From the NCBI GenBank assembly GCA_010093605.1, contig MU004184.1, positions 940,801 to 1,004,800 on the forward strand: a stretch of 64,000 bases of DNA, given 5' to 3'. The translations under genes and the position numbers were made by a program. This document shows positions 35,080 to 48,605 of the stretch, one piece after another. Every line of letters starts with the position of its first letter. The stretch's first letter is position 1. Origin of the DNA: Lophium mytilinum. Taxonomy: Eukaryota. The notes beneath the pieces are model-generated. The model did not search any database. It was not told where the DNA came from and saw nothing but the letters and a program-made list of their open reading frames with translations.

Positions 35080-38000
35080 CTATGCGTCATCTTCGGAGTC
35101 TGGCGGGTGGGGTGTGCCCTAATCAACACAATTAGTACTCGAATTTCGTTTGGCATATGGTGTGAGAGGGGATTAGAACGTACTTTAGGGCTATTAAGCC
35201 ACTCGATATGCCTCAAACGACGCCTAACTTCTCTCTCCTTCAGCTGCGCACGGGTCAACTTCTTCTTCTTGCGCGCGCGGAACTTCATATCCCCGTTCCC
35301 TTCAGCTTCAGAATTGACAGCACTGGCAGCCGCAGACGCAGCAGCAGACGAAACGTTAGAGCTAGCAACACTGCTACCGGGACGGCTGGAATCCTCGAAG
35401 CGGTCCATGGAGACAGCGAGGAAGCCCTTTTGCACAACACGGCCGTCGGCAACGTGCCACTGCTCGGGACAGAGCGCGCCGACGAACTCTTCGTTATGGG
35501 AGATCATGACGACACCGCCCTTGTAATCGCGAATAGCGACGGCGAGACCGCCGAGGGAGTCGCGGTCCAAGAAATTGGTAGGTTCGTCGAGCACAAGGAG
35601 ATGGGGGTTGTTCCACATAGCTCCAGCGAGGACGACCTTGACTTTCTGGCCACCGGAGAGACCGGAGATCTCATTGTGGTTGGCGATTTCAGGGTCTAGA
35701 CCGACGTCCTCGAAGTGCTTGGAGATGACCTTGGGTTCGAGGACACGGAAACCGAGACCTTCACGGGAAGCTTCGTGATCGTCGAATTCCTGAATGAGCT
35801 TCTGGAAGCCGAGTTTGAGGAGAGTCTCGCGAGAGATCATGGTGTTGTACTTGGGAAGCATGTTGATCCATTTCCTGAATACTCGTTAGCTTTTGTGATT
35901 ATTGAACCCTAAGGACAGTCGAGCACTTACACTTCATACTGAAAGCTCTTCTTGTACTTCTGTCGGCCAATCAAAGCCTCAATCTTCTTCGCACCTTGTC
36001 CGTCACCAATATCGACGGGGGTTTCCATCTGGGCCTTCTCGTCAGCGGACATGACACGAGTCTGCTTCATCAGCACCTCGCGGTCATCTCCGTTGGCATA
36101 ACGCCACTGCAAGTACTGATTGGGAGTCTTTTCCATGTGCATCTCGACGTGCTCTAGAGCATGCTGCTTGATGTAACCGATACGCAAGTTAGGATGCTTC
36201 TCGACCTTACCCTCCTGAGGGACGACTTCGCCAGTGAGAATTTTGATGAGAGTGGATTTACCGGCACCATTGGCACCAATAATGGCAGTTCGGGACGACA
36301 GCGTCAGCGAACAGCTGACATCATGGAGAGAAGGCTTCGATGCTCCAGGGTAGGTGTAGGTACAGTTGGTCATGCGCAGGATAGATCGGCTCATAGACTT
36401 GACACCAGTCAGAATACCAGGAGGCGGAAACTTGAAAGATACCTGGGAAGCAGAGAGCGTGTAGTAGCTCTTAGCTTCGGGTTTCTGCCTGACGAAAGCA
36501 GCGAGATTGCCCTTGTAGCAAATCAACTTCTTTTGCTCGTAGTGGTAAATGTCTGTGCACACATCATCCAAGAAACCGGAGTCGTGAGAGACGATCAAGC
36601 TGGTGATATCGGTGTGAGACTTGAGATAGTCCTGGAGCCACTTAACGTTTGCAACGTCCAAGTGATTGGTGGGTTCGTCAAGGAGTAGGACATCAGCTCG
36701 CATCAACATAGCTCTGGCCAGAGCCAGTTTCATCTTCCAACCACCGGATAGAGAGCCGACTTTGTGGGATTGCCTGCCTTCGGGACCGGAGCTGAAGCCG
36801 ACTTCTTCCAAAACCGCGATAACTCGATCTTGGCCTTCAGAACTAACATCGGGATCCTTAGAGACGAACTCGAGAATACTGAGATCCGCATCTTCACCCT
36901 GGTTGTGCTCTACGAAGCAAGTCTTGACTTCGTCCTGGGGAGGGAAGCCCTCAAGTTTGCCGCCAGCGATACTTCTCATCAATGTTGATTTACCGGCACC
37001 ATTTCGCCCGCAGAGACCGTAGCGATGGCCCTTTAGAAGTCTGAGGTTTGTGTGAGAGAGCAAGAGCATACCACCGTATCCGAGAGAGAAGGTCGCGTTG
37101 ACGATTTCGACCTCGCCATCGTCTTCCTTGACTGGCTGACCGAACTTGCGGTGGTCCTCGTCAACGTAGTACTTGTGAACAGATTCTGCGACTTTAGCAC
37201 CAGAGTCACCGTTCATCAACGGAGACAGATAAGGCTCGATGCAAGCCACTACTCGCTGAAGCTGGCGCTGGTTGACATCTTCGGCAACCATTTCCGCGAT
37301 GTAGCCCTTAGCGAGTGCGAGAACCTCTGCATCTCCAGGGAAGTTCTGAAGGCCTCCAACTGAGTTTATGTGCTTTTCCAGAACCGGTGTGACGTCGGCT
37401 GCCACCATTCGGCTGATGGCATCAGCATTGACCTCGCCTTTGATAGCCATGGCGTTATCAATGACGTCCAGTGCTCTTCCTGCGATCTCACGGACTTCAG
37501 GAAGGGAAGCGCGGTTGACAACAGACGTGACACCGGGCTTGAGCTTCGGCAAGAAAGCGCGTGCTTCAATGGGATCGTGAACAAGCTTTGTCAAGTTCTC
37601 TACGACTACAACCGTCTGTCGCAGCACTTCTTGAGATGTGGCAGGTGTGTTCAGAGAACGCTCTAGAAGCGGTGTAAGCAGCGCAAGAACTGGCGAAGTG
37701 ACGATGGCCACGAAAGTAGTCTGCGATAGAGCATGGATCGCCTTTTGTTGAGATTGTGTAGAAGGGTTTTCCATCGCTTTGATCAAGATCGGGATTCGGG
37801 GAGCAACATCGTCGTTTTGTAGGAGGGTGGTAAGGCCGGTCATAGTTTTCGAGGCTTGCTTTCCAACCTGTTGTATCCAAATTAGCAACGGCGTGAATCC
37901 TGAGATTGATAGAGATACTGACCTCTGCCTTGAGATCGTGCATTCCGCTTTCTACGATAGGAATGAGACCCTCGAGTTTCTTGCCCATAGACTCGCGGAG

Positions 38001-38618
38001 GATATCCTTCTCCTTCTCTTCCTCAAAACTTCCCATACCCATCTTCGCTTTGTCTGCCATGCGGCCCAGCAGTTCGAAGGCGCCCACAGTGCCTTGCCAT
38101 TTTCCAGATTTTTTGCCCAAATATTTGGACAAGACTGGCAGAAGCCCGTCAACCTTGCCCTCGGGAGTGAGGTTATCGAAAAGCGCATCCAATGCGTAAG
38201 CGGCTGACTCTCTGACAGTAGGAGTCTTATCTGAGAGGGCGTCGAGGGCTAGCGGAACCAGGTACTCTTCTTGTAGCATGAACACGACCTCACTGAGTTT
38301 CTGAGCCCGCGGGAAGCGCTCGAAGAGGGCACCAAGCGCGAACATGGCACCTTCTCTGCGAGCCGGGGTCTTCTTATCACCAGCCGCCTTCTTGATCTCC
38401 TCAAGGACGCCATAGCCCTTCAGGCCGCGGAAGCCGACCGAGTTCTGGAGGAGAGTGGTGAGGGCATAAGAGTTGTCTAGAGAGGCTTGCGAAGTCTTGG
38501 CCGTGAAGATGGCGGAGAGGACGGAAGAAACCTCATCTTGGGTCGGGGGAACAGTGGACGACTCGGAGGATTTAACCACAATAGCGGGGGCCATGGGTGG
38601 CGATTCGAGATGTGGCAT
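35080..38618 (-). CDS. NEW1: ABC-F / eEF3-like protein New1/Elf1 (HEAT repeats, two ABC domains, chromodomain insert)
   Basis: GRNGAGKST, LSGGWKMKLAL, LLLDEPTNHLD; GANGAGKST; chromodomain IEALIGRQKYKKSFQYEVKW; LSGGQKVKVV; basic C-terminus. Three introns. Confidence 0.9.
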
Positions 38619-39790
38619 CTCCCACAGGCGGGATGCGAAGGAGAGCGAGTGTAGGCTGTATCGGCGTGCTGTCCGCTGGTAAAAGGATTTCGCAGAGCGT
38701 TATCGATAGAAGTCTTTGTGCGAGAGAAAAGACGTCTCGTATATACGGCGCGGGCTGCACTCTGAGGATACGAGTAGTTTTACCGGAGTAAACCCAGATC
38801 AGAGCGGCCTGCACTCTTGAGGGGGTAGAGTGGAGATTCTTTGTAGGTGAGGAGAAGAAGGAGGGAGAGGCGGAAGGGAACGAGACGGTGGAGGGGCTGA
38901 CTGAGGAAATAATTTTTCTTGGCTTTCCAGGCTTTGGCCGCCGCCGCCCAAAGCGCTGGGGGTCCGTCCGGCAGCCACTCAGCCCCTCGGCTTTAGAATC
39001 CGCTTGTGTGGCCCCTTGCAAATCTAGTTAGGTAGCATCTGCAGAGAAATCTCGACCAGTGGATATTCACGGAACGTCTTACAGTATCATTATTCACGGT
39101 GCTGAGACTCTTCACTGATTCACATACTACTAGTTATCTTTCTAATTTCGTCATCAAGATCATGCTTGAATTGAAAGACTTAGGAAAGTCGTACGGGATC
39201 GGGTAGGGCTGAGGAAATCTGCCCTGTGGCGGCAAATTCTAGTCGCGGCGCGGGCCGTCAGTTCATCTTTTTAGGGGTTGGATGGCTGCTGAACTCTTCA
39301 AACGCCTCGAGATACATACTCGTGCTGAATTGTCTGATCCTAGGTGCTAGAAAGGAACGTTGTGTCTGATTGTATTTCTAACTGTTGAAGTGAGCCTGAC
39401 GGCGTCGACTAAACTGTCACGAACGAACAAGTAGACCTCCGATTATCAGGATTGGGACATCGAAACTGTTCACTCAGTATATTGATGATCAGAAGTACTC
39501 CTTACGATGGCAACAAGTAGATAAACTCAAAGAATTGAGTTGAGCGGTTATGACTATTACATTGTATGTGTCATATTGCAATCTCTTCCAAACTCCTCCA
39601 AAACATCTACGTTATCTACAGCCATCATCAAAAGGGCACTCAATCTAGCCTCCCTCCCAAACCAAACTCCAGAATTCCCGATAGAGCGCCTAATCCCTAA
39701 ACAACCTGATGAAGCAACAAAAGTACTTGAAGCCCCAAAGCCACAAATATTAACTAATAATCTTGCGCCTAATTGCGTCTACCAGCATTA

Positions 39791-40357
39791 CTACCTCTCA
39801 CCCTCCATTGTCCCCTCGGAGTCCATCGTTTCCTCCGAGCCCTCTTCCGAGTACCGCTTCGAGTACCACTTCGCGTACCCCTTCGAGTCCCCCTCCGAGC
39901 TCCCATCGCAACCCTCATCCTCCTTAACACCCCCCACATCCCACTCCTTCACCCCCGCCCTCCCCAAACACCTCCTATACCTTTGCACATCGAGGCCCGT
40001 CTCCCTCAACTCCTGGGTCTTCGCATTATACGCACCCCGGCACGCCGAGCAAAACGACATATTATCAATACACCGAATCCCATAAGCCCTCAGGGTGCCG
40101 AGAAGCTTGTGCTCATACTCCTTAGCGTGCTCCTTATGGAACCAGCCCCCAAAAGGGCAGCCCTTGTTCTTGCCATTCGGGCCCTGGCAGCGCACCGTCA
40201 TCGTGCGGTCGTAGTGGTCTTGTGCACAGAAGCAGTACGTCTCCTCTGCGTGGACGACCGCAGGGGGGGTGCAGATAAGGTCGATGGTTTTGTTGTGCGT
40301 TACCAGCACGCGGTGGGTGGCGTTGGCGGTGGTGATGGTGTGCTTGGTGATGGCCAT
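39791..40357 (-). CDS. Small protein with an atypical ING-type PHD-like zinc finger and acidic tail
   Basis: YCFCAQD..MTVRCQG..GCPFGGWFHKEH..FCSAC; ATG at 40357. Confidence 0.6.
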   Translation of the reverse strand: MAITKHTITTANATHRVLVTHNKTIDLICTPPAVVHAEETYCFCAQDHYDRTMTVRCQGPNGKNKGCPFGGWFHKEHAKEYEHKLLGTLRAYGIRCIDNMSFCSACRGAYNAKTQELRETGLDVQRYRRCLGRAGVKEWDVGGVKEDEGCDGSSEGDSKGYAKWYSKRYSEEGSEETMDSEGTMEGER

Positions 40358-41377
40358 CTTGCCGGTTTGGGGGGTTGAGTGGTAGGAAAAGGGGTAGTCT
40401 TGTGAGTAAAGAAACGGGTTTGGTGAGCAGAGCAAGGGACGTTGTGTAGTTGTATCTGGTGAAGCTTGCTGCGGTTGTATGGTGGTGAGTAGTTTTGGAG
40501 TCAATTGTGCGGAAGTGACTCGACCACCCGTCTTATGTCAAAGAGCCTGAATCATCAGAACGCGGCAAACCAGGGAACTGAATGGTAGCATGATTTCGTG
40601 GTGGTGGCGTACCACGGAAACCCAACATCAGAGCGTCAGCCTATGGCAGCCAGACATCGCTGTGAGGAGCAGCCCCGTCGCCAGGACGCTGGCTGGTCGA
40701 AAGGCAGCTTGGACTCCACCGCATGGAATTTGACATCGCGCCTGATTTCCTAGGACCGCATAGGAGTACCCCAGCAGTGGGAAACGAAGGTGCACATACT
40801 CATGGCCTGTTGTTATAGCGAGTCGGAACCCGCTGATAATTGCGCCTGCAAACAGAGTGTAGAAGCATGATATAATTGAAAAAACCTCGTTGGCATTTGA
40901 AAAGACAAAACTGACTCCTGAGAGACTGAATCTATACTGCGAGATCTGTGATGCTGTCACCGTATACCTTGCTTGTTTTCTAGTAGTCAATGGGATACCG
41001 CTTCCTCATGCTGCTCGGCAGCGCCTCTGACAGTATGTGCGGTTGCTTCCCAGATCATGCTCGGGATGAACGACGAGGAGGGAAACACTTGGTTCACAAA
41101 GCAAGGCAAGGCAGTAGTCAACGCAGCTTCTACTTCCTGTATTGATGGTTGACTAAGCCTGCCCGCCCATAAAAGCTCGCCTTCTGCTCTTCTGCTCTTC
41201 TGCTATTCTTCTTTTCCTTACCACTTTCGACTTTTTGTTGCATCGACCAACCTCTTTCATTGCTCATCTTGTGTTGCATCGATCAACCTCCTCTTACTAC
41301 GGCACGGTCACTACTATCGACCGATCGGCCGACCGATCTACTCTAGCCAGAGTCGACACCCCCTACCAAGCTCAGCC

Positions 41378-41769
41378 ATGGCCCTGTCCCCAGCAGGAGC
41401 CTCATCATTGCAAGGTAGCGTGCTTTTCATTCTTCTTCTCATCACTTGCCGAGACCCATGCTCGATACTAACTCAAGATGCCCCCAGGTAACCCGCTGGG
41501 ACTGGCGCCACCCCACCTGCTCAGGTATGGTCCCGAAGGTCCTTCATCATTGCAAGGTAAGCAGTCCCTCTGAAGCTGACCCATGCCTGCAATGCTAATC
41601 CATGCTACCTACAGGTAACAATCCCACTGACACGTTTGCGTCCGTTCTGCATCCCCTAATGACCGCCACCATTTGCGTTTGCGCGCCTGCTTCTGATCCC
41701 CTTGGGGATTTGATCAAACCAATGGGCCTCCGAGCACCTCTGAGATTGGGACCCAACCTGCAATGCTAA
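41378..41769 (+). CDS. Putative 86-aa spliced orphan gene (introns 41415-41487 and 41557-41614)
   Basis: TATA-like cataaaag at ~41168; two canonical GT-AG introns with ACTAAC/GCTAAT branch sites keep the frame open; exon ends are duplicated (tcatcattgcaag|gta). Confidence 0.4.
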
Positions 41770-41923
41770 TCCATGCTACCTACAGGTAACAATTCCACTG
41801 ACACGTTCGCGTCCGTTCTGCATCCCCTGATGACACCCACCATGCGCCTGCTTCTGATCCCCTCGGGGATTTGATCAAAACAATGGAGCCTCTGAGCACC
41901 TCTGAATTTGGGACCCAACCTGC
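41587..41923. repeat. ~170-bp tandem duplication (2 copies)
   Basis: cctgcaatgctaatccatgctacctacaggtaacaat..gatttgatcaaa..gagcacctctga..ttgggacccaacctgc occurs twice. A separate ~38-bp repeat, gtgaagctcagt..agtgagta, is at ~42018 and ~42160. Confidence 0.9.
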
Positions 41924-43159
41924 CAACTCATTGCACACATCTTTTGGCTGCATGACGCTGGCGAGAAACAGGTCCAACCCCGCTCGTGGTCGTTTCCAAC
42001 CATGTCACCGAAGCGACGTGAAGCTCAGTGTGTTCATCATCGCTTCGAGTGAGTACCCCAACCGTTCTTTCATCCTTCATGATAGTTGCTGACTTGCCAT
42101 ACTGGTCAGGTCGATTGAGTCGGGCAGCAAAATTCGACGAGCCGCTGCTATCGACACAAGTGAAGCTCAGTTTGACCATCATTGCTTCAAGTGAGTAAGC
42201 AAACGCTGCTTCCAACACTCGCAGGTCCTTGCTGACATGACGTGCTGGTAGCATCTATCGACTCCAACATCGAACTCAACGAACCGCCGTCACCGAAAAT
42301 ATGCCGACTCACACAACGTCGGCACCTGGCTTCGATCGGTGGCAGTTACCTGTTGGTCTGGCTGATGGCGATGGACAATGATGCTGGTCAGGCGGTGGTC
42401 GGCAGTACTTCGTTACAAGTGTCGGTTACTGTTGGAGACCTGGGATTGTTAGCTAGTCATAGCGAAAGACAAAGGTGGAAATGGAGATGATCTCTTCCTC
42501 AACTGTTCGGAGCATTATCGCGCATCTGTCATCTTTGCATCGACAGGAACTTCGCAACTCTCGTGCCCTGGTGCTTTCCATTTATGCGGCCAGGTGAAGC
42601 CGCATTGGCAGAATAAAGAAGAGATGGCAATGAGATTAGTTTGTGTGCATGATAAGCTTTCGGGAATGGAGCTGACCCAAGGTTGCCATCTCGAGGCACC
42701 GAGGTCGGAGTTGGGAGCGACGCGAGAACCACGCGTGGCAGCGAACAGATGTAGTGCAGTTTGAAGTTCCGAAACGAATGAATTTGCAAAGAGAACGATC
42801 CTCGGGCTCTAATTTGCAGTACTCCACGTTCCAGGGATGTCGCGTTGAAAGACGCCATTGGCCTTCAAACCTAATCTTGGAAGACGCGCTTGAAGAATAT
42901 TGCGCGATCGGTGAATTATAACTATGCTCGATTTGAATCGTGATTCGCTCCGCCGTCATGCTTCCCGGTACCGAAGTCGGTCTAGGTTTTATTGACGAGA
43001 GTGAGAGATGGAACCGTGGTTCGATCCCATCGACCCAAGAGAGCGTGCAGCACTCTTGTCATAACTCAACAACTCTTCCCAAGGTCTGAGCCTCTCAGAA
43101 ATTTTCCAATGCTATCTCAGCATGACACAACGACTCCCTGGCCCATGTTTCACATTCAC

Positions 43160-43537
43160 CTAATCCTCCAACACCCCTTCAAGCACAACATCCCAAGGCT
43201 TTGCACTTCTCACCACCTTTAGACTCTCCTCCACCTCTTCAGCCCCAAACTTCCCGCCGTATAGATGGGCAAACACCCCAGAGCTCCCCGCGGGCTCCCA
43301 CCGTACCTCTCCCGTCCCCTCTTTTAGTGTTTGCAGCCTGATCTTCAACAACCAGAGCTCGGTCGCGTCGGCAAAGAACCGCCCACATGTTCCCGGGACC
43401 TGAGACGCGGTGGAGAGGTGGATGAAGCCGTCATTGGCGTCGAGGTCTGAGAGGGGGAGGACATCAGGAAGAGGGGTTGGCGGGGCGCTGGGGAGGATTT
43501 TGTAGACGTAGGTAGGGAGTGGGTTCGGGGCAGACAT
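43160..43537 (-). CDS. DUF952 family protein
   Basis: YVYKIL..LSDLDANDGFIHLSTASQV..FF..LWLLKI..VRWE..FAHLYG. Confidence 0.88.
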   Translation of the reverse strand: MSAPNPLPTYVYKILPSAPPTPLPDVLPLSDLDANDGFIHLSTASQVPGTCGRFFADATELWLLKIRLQTLKEGTGEVRWEPAGSSGVFAHLYGGKFGAEEVEESLKVVRSAKPWDVVLEGVLED

Positions 43538-43933
43538 CGTGGGCAATTCCAGGAGTGTGTCTTGAAGATGTATAGGGAGTCGTCTGCTCAATTGAGGTGA
43601 ATTGTGCGCAGCTGTCGCGGTGAATGGTGAGCTGTTGTCAAAGCTAGCTTTCCGAGATCGGTAACGCGGAATGCCCGTAAATCAACGGCCCGGTTCTTCC
43701 TACCTACCCATGCTTCATCCGCTGCGTCACTGTCATGGTAATCACACGCGCATTAGGCGTTTTGCATTGGAAATGCATGCCACCATGCTGCATTGTCTGG
43801 AGCAGTACCGCCAGTAATCACGCGCGTGGCCCTTTTTGACGATTTATAATGCATGGCTGAATTGCATACATATTCCCCTCGACCCCTCTCCTGACTTGTT
43901 AGCTTATCCGCCAGCTTCAAAGTAACAACTGCA

Positions 43934-45171
43934 ATGGCTCCAATTCGAATTGGCCTCATCGGCCTCAGCGCTGCTGGTAGCTGGGCTTCTCAAGCTCATC
44001 TGCCATACCTCAAGGGTAGCGAAAAGTATACCATTGTCGCCCTCTGCAACACCTCGGTTGAATCCGCGAAAGCTGCTATCAAGGCACACGACCTTCCGGC
44101 TTCAACGAAAGCCTACGGATCCTACAAAGACCTCGGCAGTGATCCAGATGTCGACCTTGTGGTGTGCTCGGTACGAGTGGACCGCCATTACGATGCTATC
44201 AAGCCCGCGTTGGAAGCTGGGAAGGACGTCTACTGCGAGTGGCCATTGGGCAAGAATCTAGAAGAGGGACTAGAGCTTGCTGCGCTGGCGAAGAAGAAAG
44301 AGGTGCGCACAATGGTGGGTCTCCAGGCGAGGCAGTCTGCGTTGGTGAAGAAGATCAAGGAGATTGTAGACAGTGGGCGGATTGGAAAGGTGCTCAGTGT
44401 GTCTTTTGTGGGCGCTGGATACAATCTTGGAACAGCTGAGATGGAGAAATATCAGTACCTCAATCATAGGGAGGTAGGTGGCAATCTTGTAACGATACAT
44501 TTCTCCCACGGTAGGCTACTCTTTGGCTCAGCTCGATCCTGATATAAACCTAAGCATGGATCTAACAATTTTTGCTAGGATTCTACGGTCTCCTCTACGC
44601 TCTCGGCGAGTTGAAGAATTACAGTTCTATCCTTGAAGTAAAGCGGCCCAAGGTCGACCTCCTAGACAAGCAAGTCTCAGACCCTGAAGCTAAAGTCGTC
44701 GGCACCACCACCCGCACCTCCCACGATCAAATCCTCATCCAAGGCCACCTTGAATCTGGCGCTCTTCTTTCATATCATCTCCGCGGCGGCAAAGCGTTCG
44801 CCGATACGGAGGGCATGCTGTGGCGCATATACGGCGAAACAGGCGAAATTCAAATCAAGGGCCCAAGTCCCTCGGTACAAATCGGTAACAGCGGCACGAA
44901 AGTTGAGGTTCAAGACATCTCCACTGGTAAGGTCGAGGAGATTACCCTCGATCAGGACGAGTGGGATGAACTTCCGGGGCCTGCTCCTAATGTCGCCCGG
45001 ATGTATGAGGCGTTCGCGGATAAGAAGACTACCGAGTTCCCGGACTGGGAAGAGGCTGTTATTCGGCATAAGCTGGTCGACGAGCTCTACCGCAGGGAGA
45101 CCGACCGTACAGAACGTGCTGCGCATTATCTGCCCACCCACAAAAGGAAAAATAGTCTGTGGACGAAGTGA
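43934..45171 (+). CDS. Gfo/Idh/MocA family oxidoreductase (Gal80-like), 2 exons
   Basis: IRIGLIGLS..WASQAHLP; DPDVDLVV; KDVYCEWPLG; GLQAR; TIHFSH; WRIYGETGEI. Confidence 0.88.
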
Positions 45172-46263
45172 AGTAGGTATCAATGAGACTGGCTTACAAG
45201 TTGGTTTAGTCAACGCTCACGTGATTTTTGACCCGTATGGCTACAAAGAGAATCTATACTTGATATATGGTAACCTACCCCTTTCCAGAAATGTGATTTC
45301 CATCTCATTTCGATTGTTCTCCTCTGTCGAGGTCCATCAACTACCTCCTTAAGCGGCTTGAAATAATCGTTTGAAGGAAAAGTAACCCCTGGAAAATGGA
45401 CGACAAGAATTCACTGAGCCCCTTCCCAGCCCAATTCACATGCGCGGTACCTTTGCTTCAACCCCGCCCCCTTCAACTTTTCCTTCACACAATAGAAGTA
45501 ATGAGCTGTTCAGCATCGTAGCACAAGCATGGAGACATGAGCTGTAGTTGGTCGAGCAACACGTCTCTCCAGCATCTCCCATATGTTTACTTGTAACCCT
45601 AGAAATGTACCGAGTGGTGTGATTATATTGCTACGGGCAACCTCAGGTCTAGGGGGCGTGATGAATAGTGAGAAGCCGAGCAAGTGAAAGGGGTTTACGA
45701 GATTTGTTAGCGTAGGCTTGTTGTGAAAGAAGTTGGTCGACTAATGAGTCAGAACCCCAGACTCAGAAAGGGGTGTCTTGGAAAAGTTGATTGGCGCTAA
45801 GCTATGAAGTTCTCGGCACTTGCTGGATTACGGGCTGGGGCTCCGTGTAGTTGAGTTCTTCATTTGAATGGCTATTGAATGATCTATTACATATCTCATT
45901 ATTGTCGAAGGGTGGGTATGAGTTAAACTGTACAGGTCACGTGACCCTTAAGGTAACGTTCCTCGATACATATCGATCTTCAGATCTCAAACCACATGCG
46001 CAACCCTGAAGGAATGCCTGCACCCGCGTCTGTTTCATCTCGTCCCACAGATCTGCGAAGATTGATTACGCTCGATGCACAATGACGGCACTGGCGCCTA
46101 CGCTCACTTCTTTGTCCTCTTGAGTCTTTGAAGTGTGAGAAAGCGCTTTCAGAACCTCGAGATGGCTTTCAGTGCGATGACTATGAATCAACGGCCATTG
46201 ACGCATCAAACCCTCAGCTAACTATTGCATGTAACCAACAGTACTCTCTAGAGTGGTACCGAG

Positions 46264-47500
46264 ATGTTTGAAAATCTTCCTACCTACCTGAACGTCCTGA
46301 CGTACCAATGCCTTTGGATCCCAGAGCCACCGATGAGCGAGAAGAACGTCCCCGACCTAGGTGGGAAAGTGCTTCTCGTAACCGGAGGTGATACTGGAAT
46401 CGGCTACCATTTATGCAGAATACTCTACTCAAAGCACGGCTCCGTCTATCTGGCCTCTCATAACGTCAAAAGAGGCGAAGCTGCCATTAAGAGGATCAAA
46501 GCCGCCTACCCTGCGTCACTGGGTCGTATACACGGTCTATACCTTGACCTCGAGGACCTAGCATCTATCAAAGCTTCCGTCAAAGCCTTCACCGACCGCG
46601 AGTCCCGCTTAGATGTCCTTTGGAACAACGCGGACGTTATGACGCCGTTAGTGGGGAGCAAAACGAAGCAAGGGCATGAGATGCAGTTGGGCACGAATTG
46701 TCTCGGGCCTTACTTGCTAACCGAGCTTCTGAAGCCGTTATTACAGAAAACGGCCGCGATAGCCCCTCTGTACACCGTGCGTGTGCTATGGGCCGGTGCG
46801 GCTTCCATCGTCTTCTTTGCGCCGACCGGGGGTGTGCAGATGGACGCAGGCACAGGCAACGGTAAAGACGCGAAACCAGTGCCACAGTGGAGCCAAATCC
46901 AAAACTATGCCCAGAGTAAAGCCGGCAACCTCTTCCTGGCAGACGGGTTCGCGAAGGAGGTGGTGGGCAGTGGGATTGTTAGCGTCGTAAGTTCTTCCAC
47001 CCGTACCACGGACGCCCCCAATAGTGGCGCTGCATTGGTTCTAACGATCTTAGTGCTTCAACCCTGGCAGCTGCTTCACCGAATCAGGCTGGCATATGAG
47101 CGGATCAGAGCTCCTGCAGCGCCTTATCCTGTACCCTGCCGAAAAGGGCGCCTACGCTGAACTGTATTGTGGCCTCTCGCCCGAATTGACAGCCTGGCAC
47201 AACGGGAAATACTTTGCGCCTTGGGGTTGTCTGTCTCGCACGAGGAAGGATATTGATGAAGGTCTTGGAAGCGGAGAATCCGATGGTAAAAATAACGCCG
47301 GCAAGGGAGATGCTGGCAAAACCGTTGCTGGTCAAAAAGGAGCTAGCAAAAAAGACGAAGTTAGCGTTGCTGGCACAAAGGATAATGCTGGCAAGGCGAA
47401 TGGCGCTGATAAAAAAGAGGCGCCTGTCACAAACGTCGAAAGAAATGCGCCAGACGAGTTTGTGGAATATTGCAGACGAGAGACGGCAGCATACCTCTGA
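46264..47500 (+). CDS. Short-chain dehydrogenase/reductase (retinol dehydrogenase-like), 2 exons
   Basis: LVTGGDTGIG, LDVLWNNA, QLGTNCLGPYL, YAQSK, GAYAELYCGLSPE..YFAPWG. Confidence 0.85.
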
Positions 47501-48605
47501 TAAGGCTACATCAGGGCACGGTAGCCGCCCAGCAGCACGTCGACATCATGGCATTCATGGGGTTTCGCATCTTTAATATAAGGACGCCGGGAATGCCGTC
47601 ACTCCACGTGTCTTTCGTTTGGAATGCTGCCCCCAGCGACACGCAGCACTCATCGTATGGAGAGCTCGGGCACGCAGCGGATGCCGATCCCAGACAGATC
47701 GCGATGCTCTCCTTGTCATGCAGACGCGGGACAGCGCGTGTCGCCCACCGCTGCGGTTCCACAACGGAGGCAGCTCCTTGGAGCCTTCCGGTTGGAAAAG
47801 GGTCCGCGTTAGTAACCTGACAGTGAAAATCGCTCTCAGCCACACATATCATATGCTGCCTATGAATCGCTGGCGAAACGCTGGGGAATGTTGATCAATG
47901 GGATCAGCCTTGCGGGACAGACAGCTTTCCCCCTTGGGTGGCCCAAGCAGCTTCCATGACAGCTTCTCCCCCTCGATCCGGGCGGCCTGAAGACTCAGTT
48001 CCTCCTCGCCCCAAGAGTTTGCCGCATAGCCACGATAGCCCGGCTGAGCGGGGTCCCAGAAGAATCAGCAGACTCCAACGTACGATGTGCTAGAGCGTTC
48101 GAACTGTCAGAGCCGAGAAAGGACCAAGGTTCTTGTGTGGCGACGCCCTCCGCTCCATCCGGTAGCTGTGCAGCCCAGTGAATCTGATTGGGCCGGGGAC
48201 GAAACACTAGCGGGTAGGAGCATGATGGATTGGCGAACACCTTGGCTGATCGTCCACGGTCCCCCCTGAGAAGCCGGGCTGGGGAATCACCGCTGAAAAC
48301 AAGGCCGCGCGTGGGCCACCAAGAGCATGGGTAAGCTTGCCCAGCACTGCTTGCCTAGAGATAGAACGTCATGTGAAATGCGAGATGCTATTTCGGTTGC
48401 GAGCTAGAAACATGTTTCCCCACCCGCCAGGCGAACTTCTTCTTACTGCTGCCTCCAGACCTTTCTCACCTATCCTTTACGCTGCCAACTGTCTTTGCTG
48501 TCTTTACTGGTACTCGTCCATTCTCGCGCTCTCTACACCCAGAAATGAACCTTAACTTTTAACACTATCATCCCTCATGTGACACTCGCATCCGCGAAGC
48601 CAAGA

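Noticed and set aside
35062..38207. Many 100-175 aa plus-strand ORFs antisense to NEW1 (likewise in the ferric reductase and mclA)
   Set aside because: Shadow ORFs caused by codon bias of the real genes.
45935..45946. Palindrome ggtcacgtgacc
   Set aside because: An isolated E-box without the paired TATA module; not evidence of a third array.
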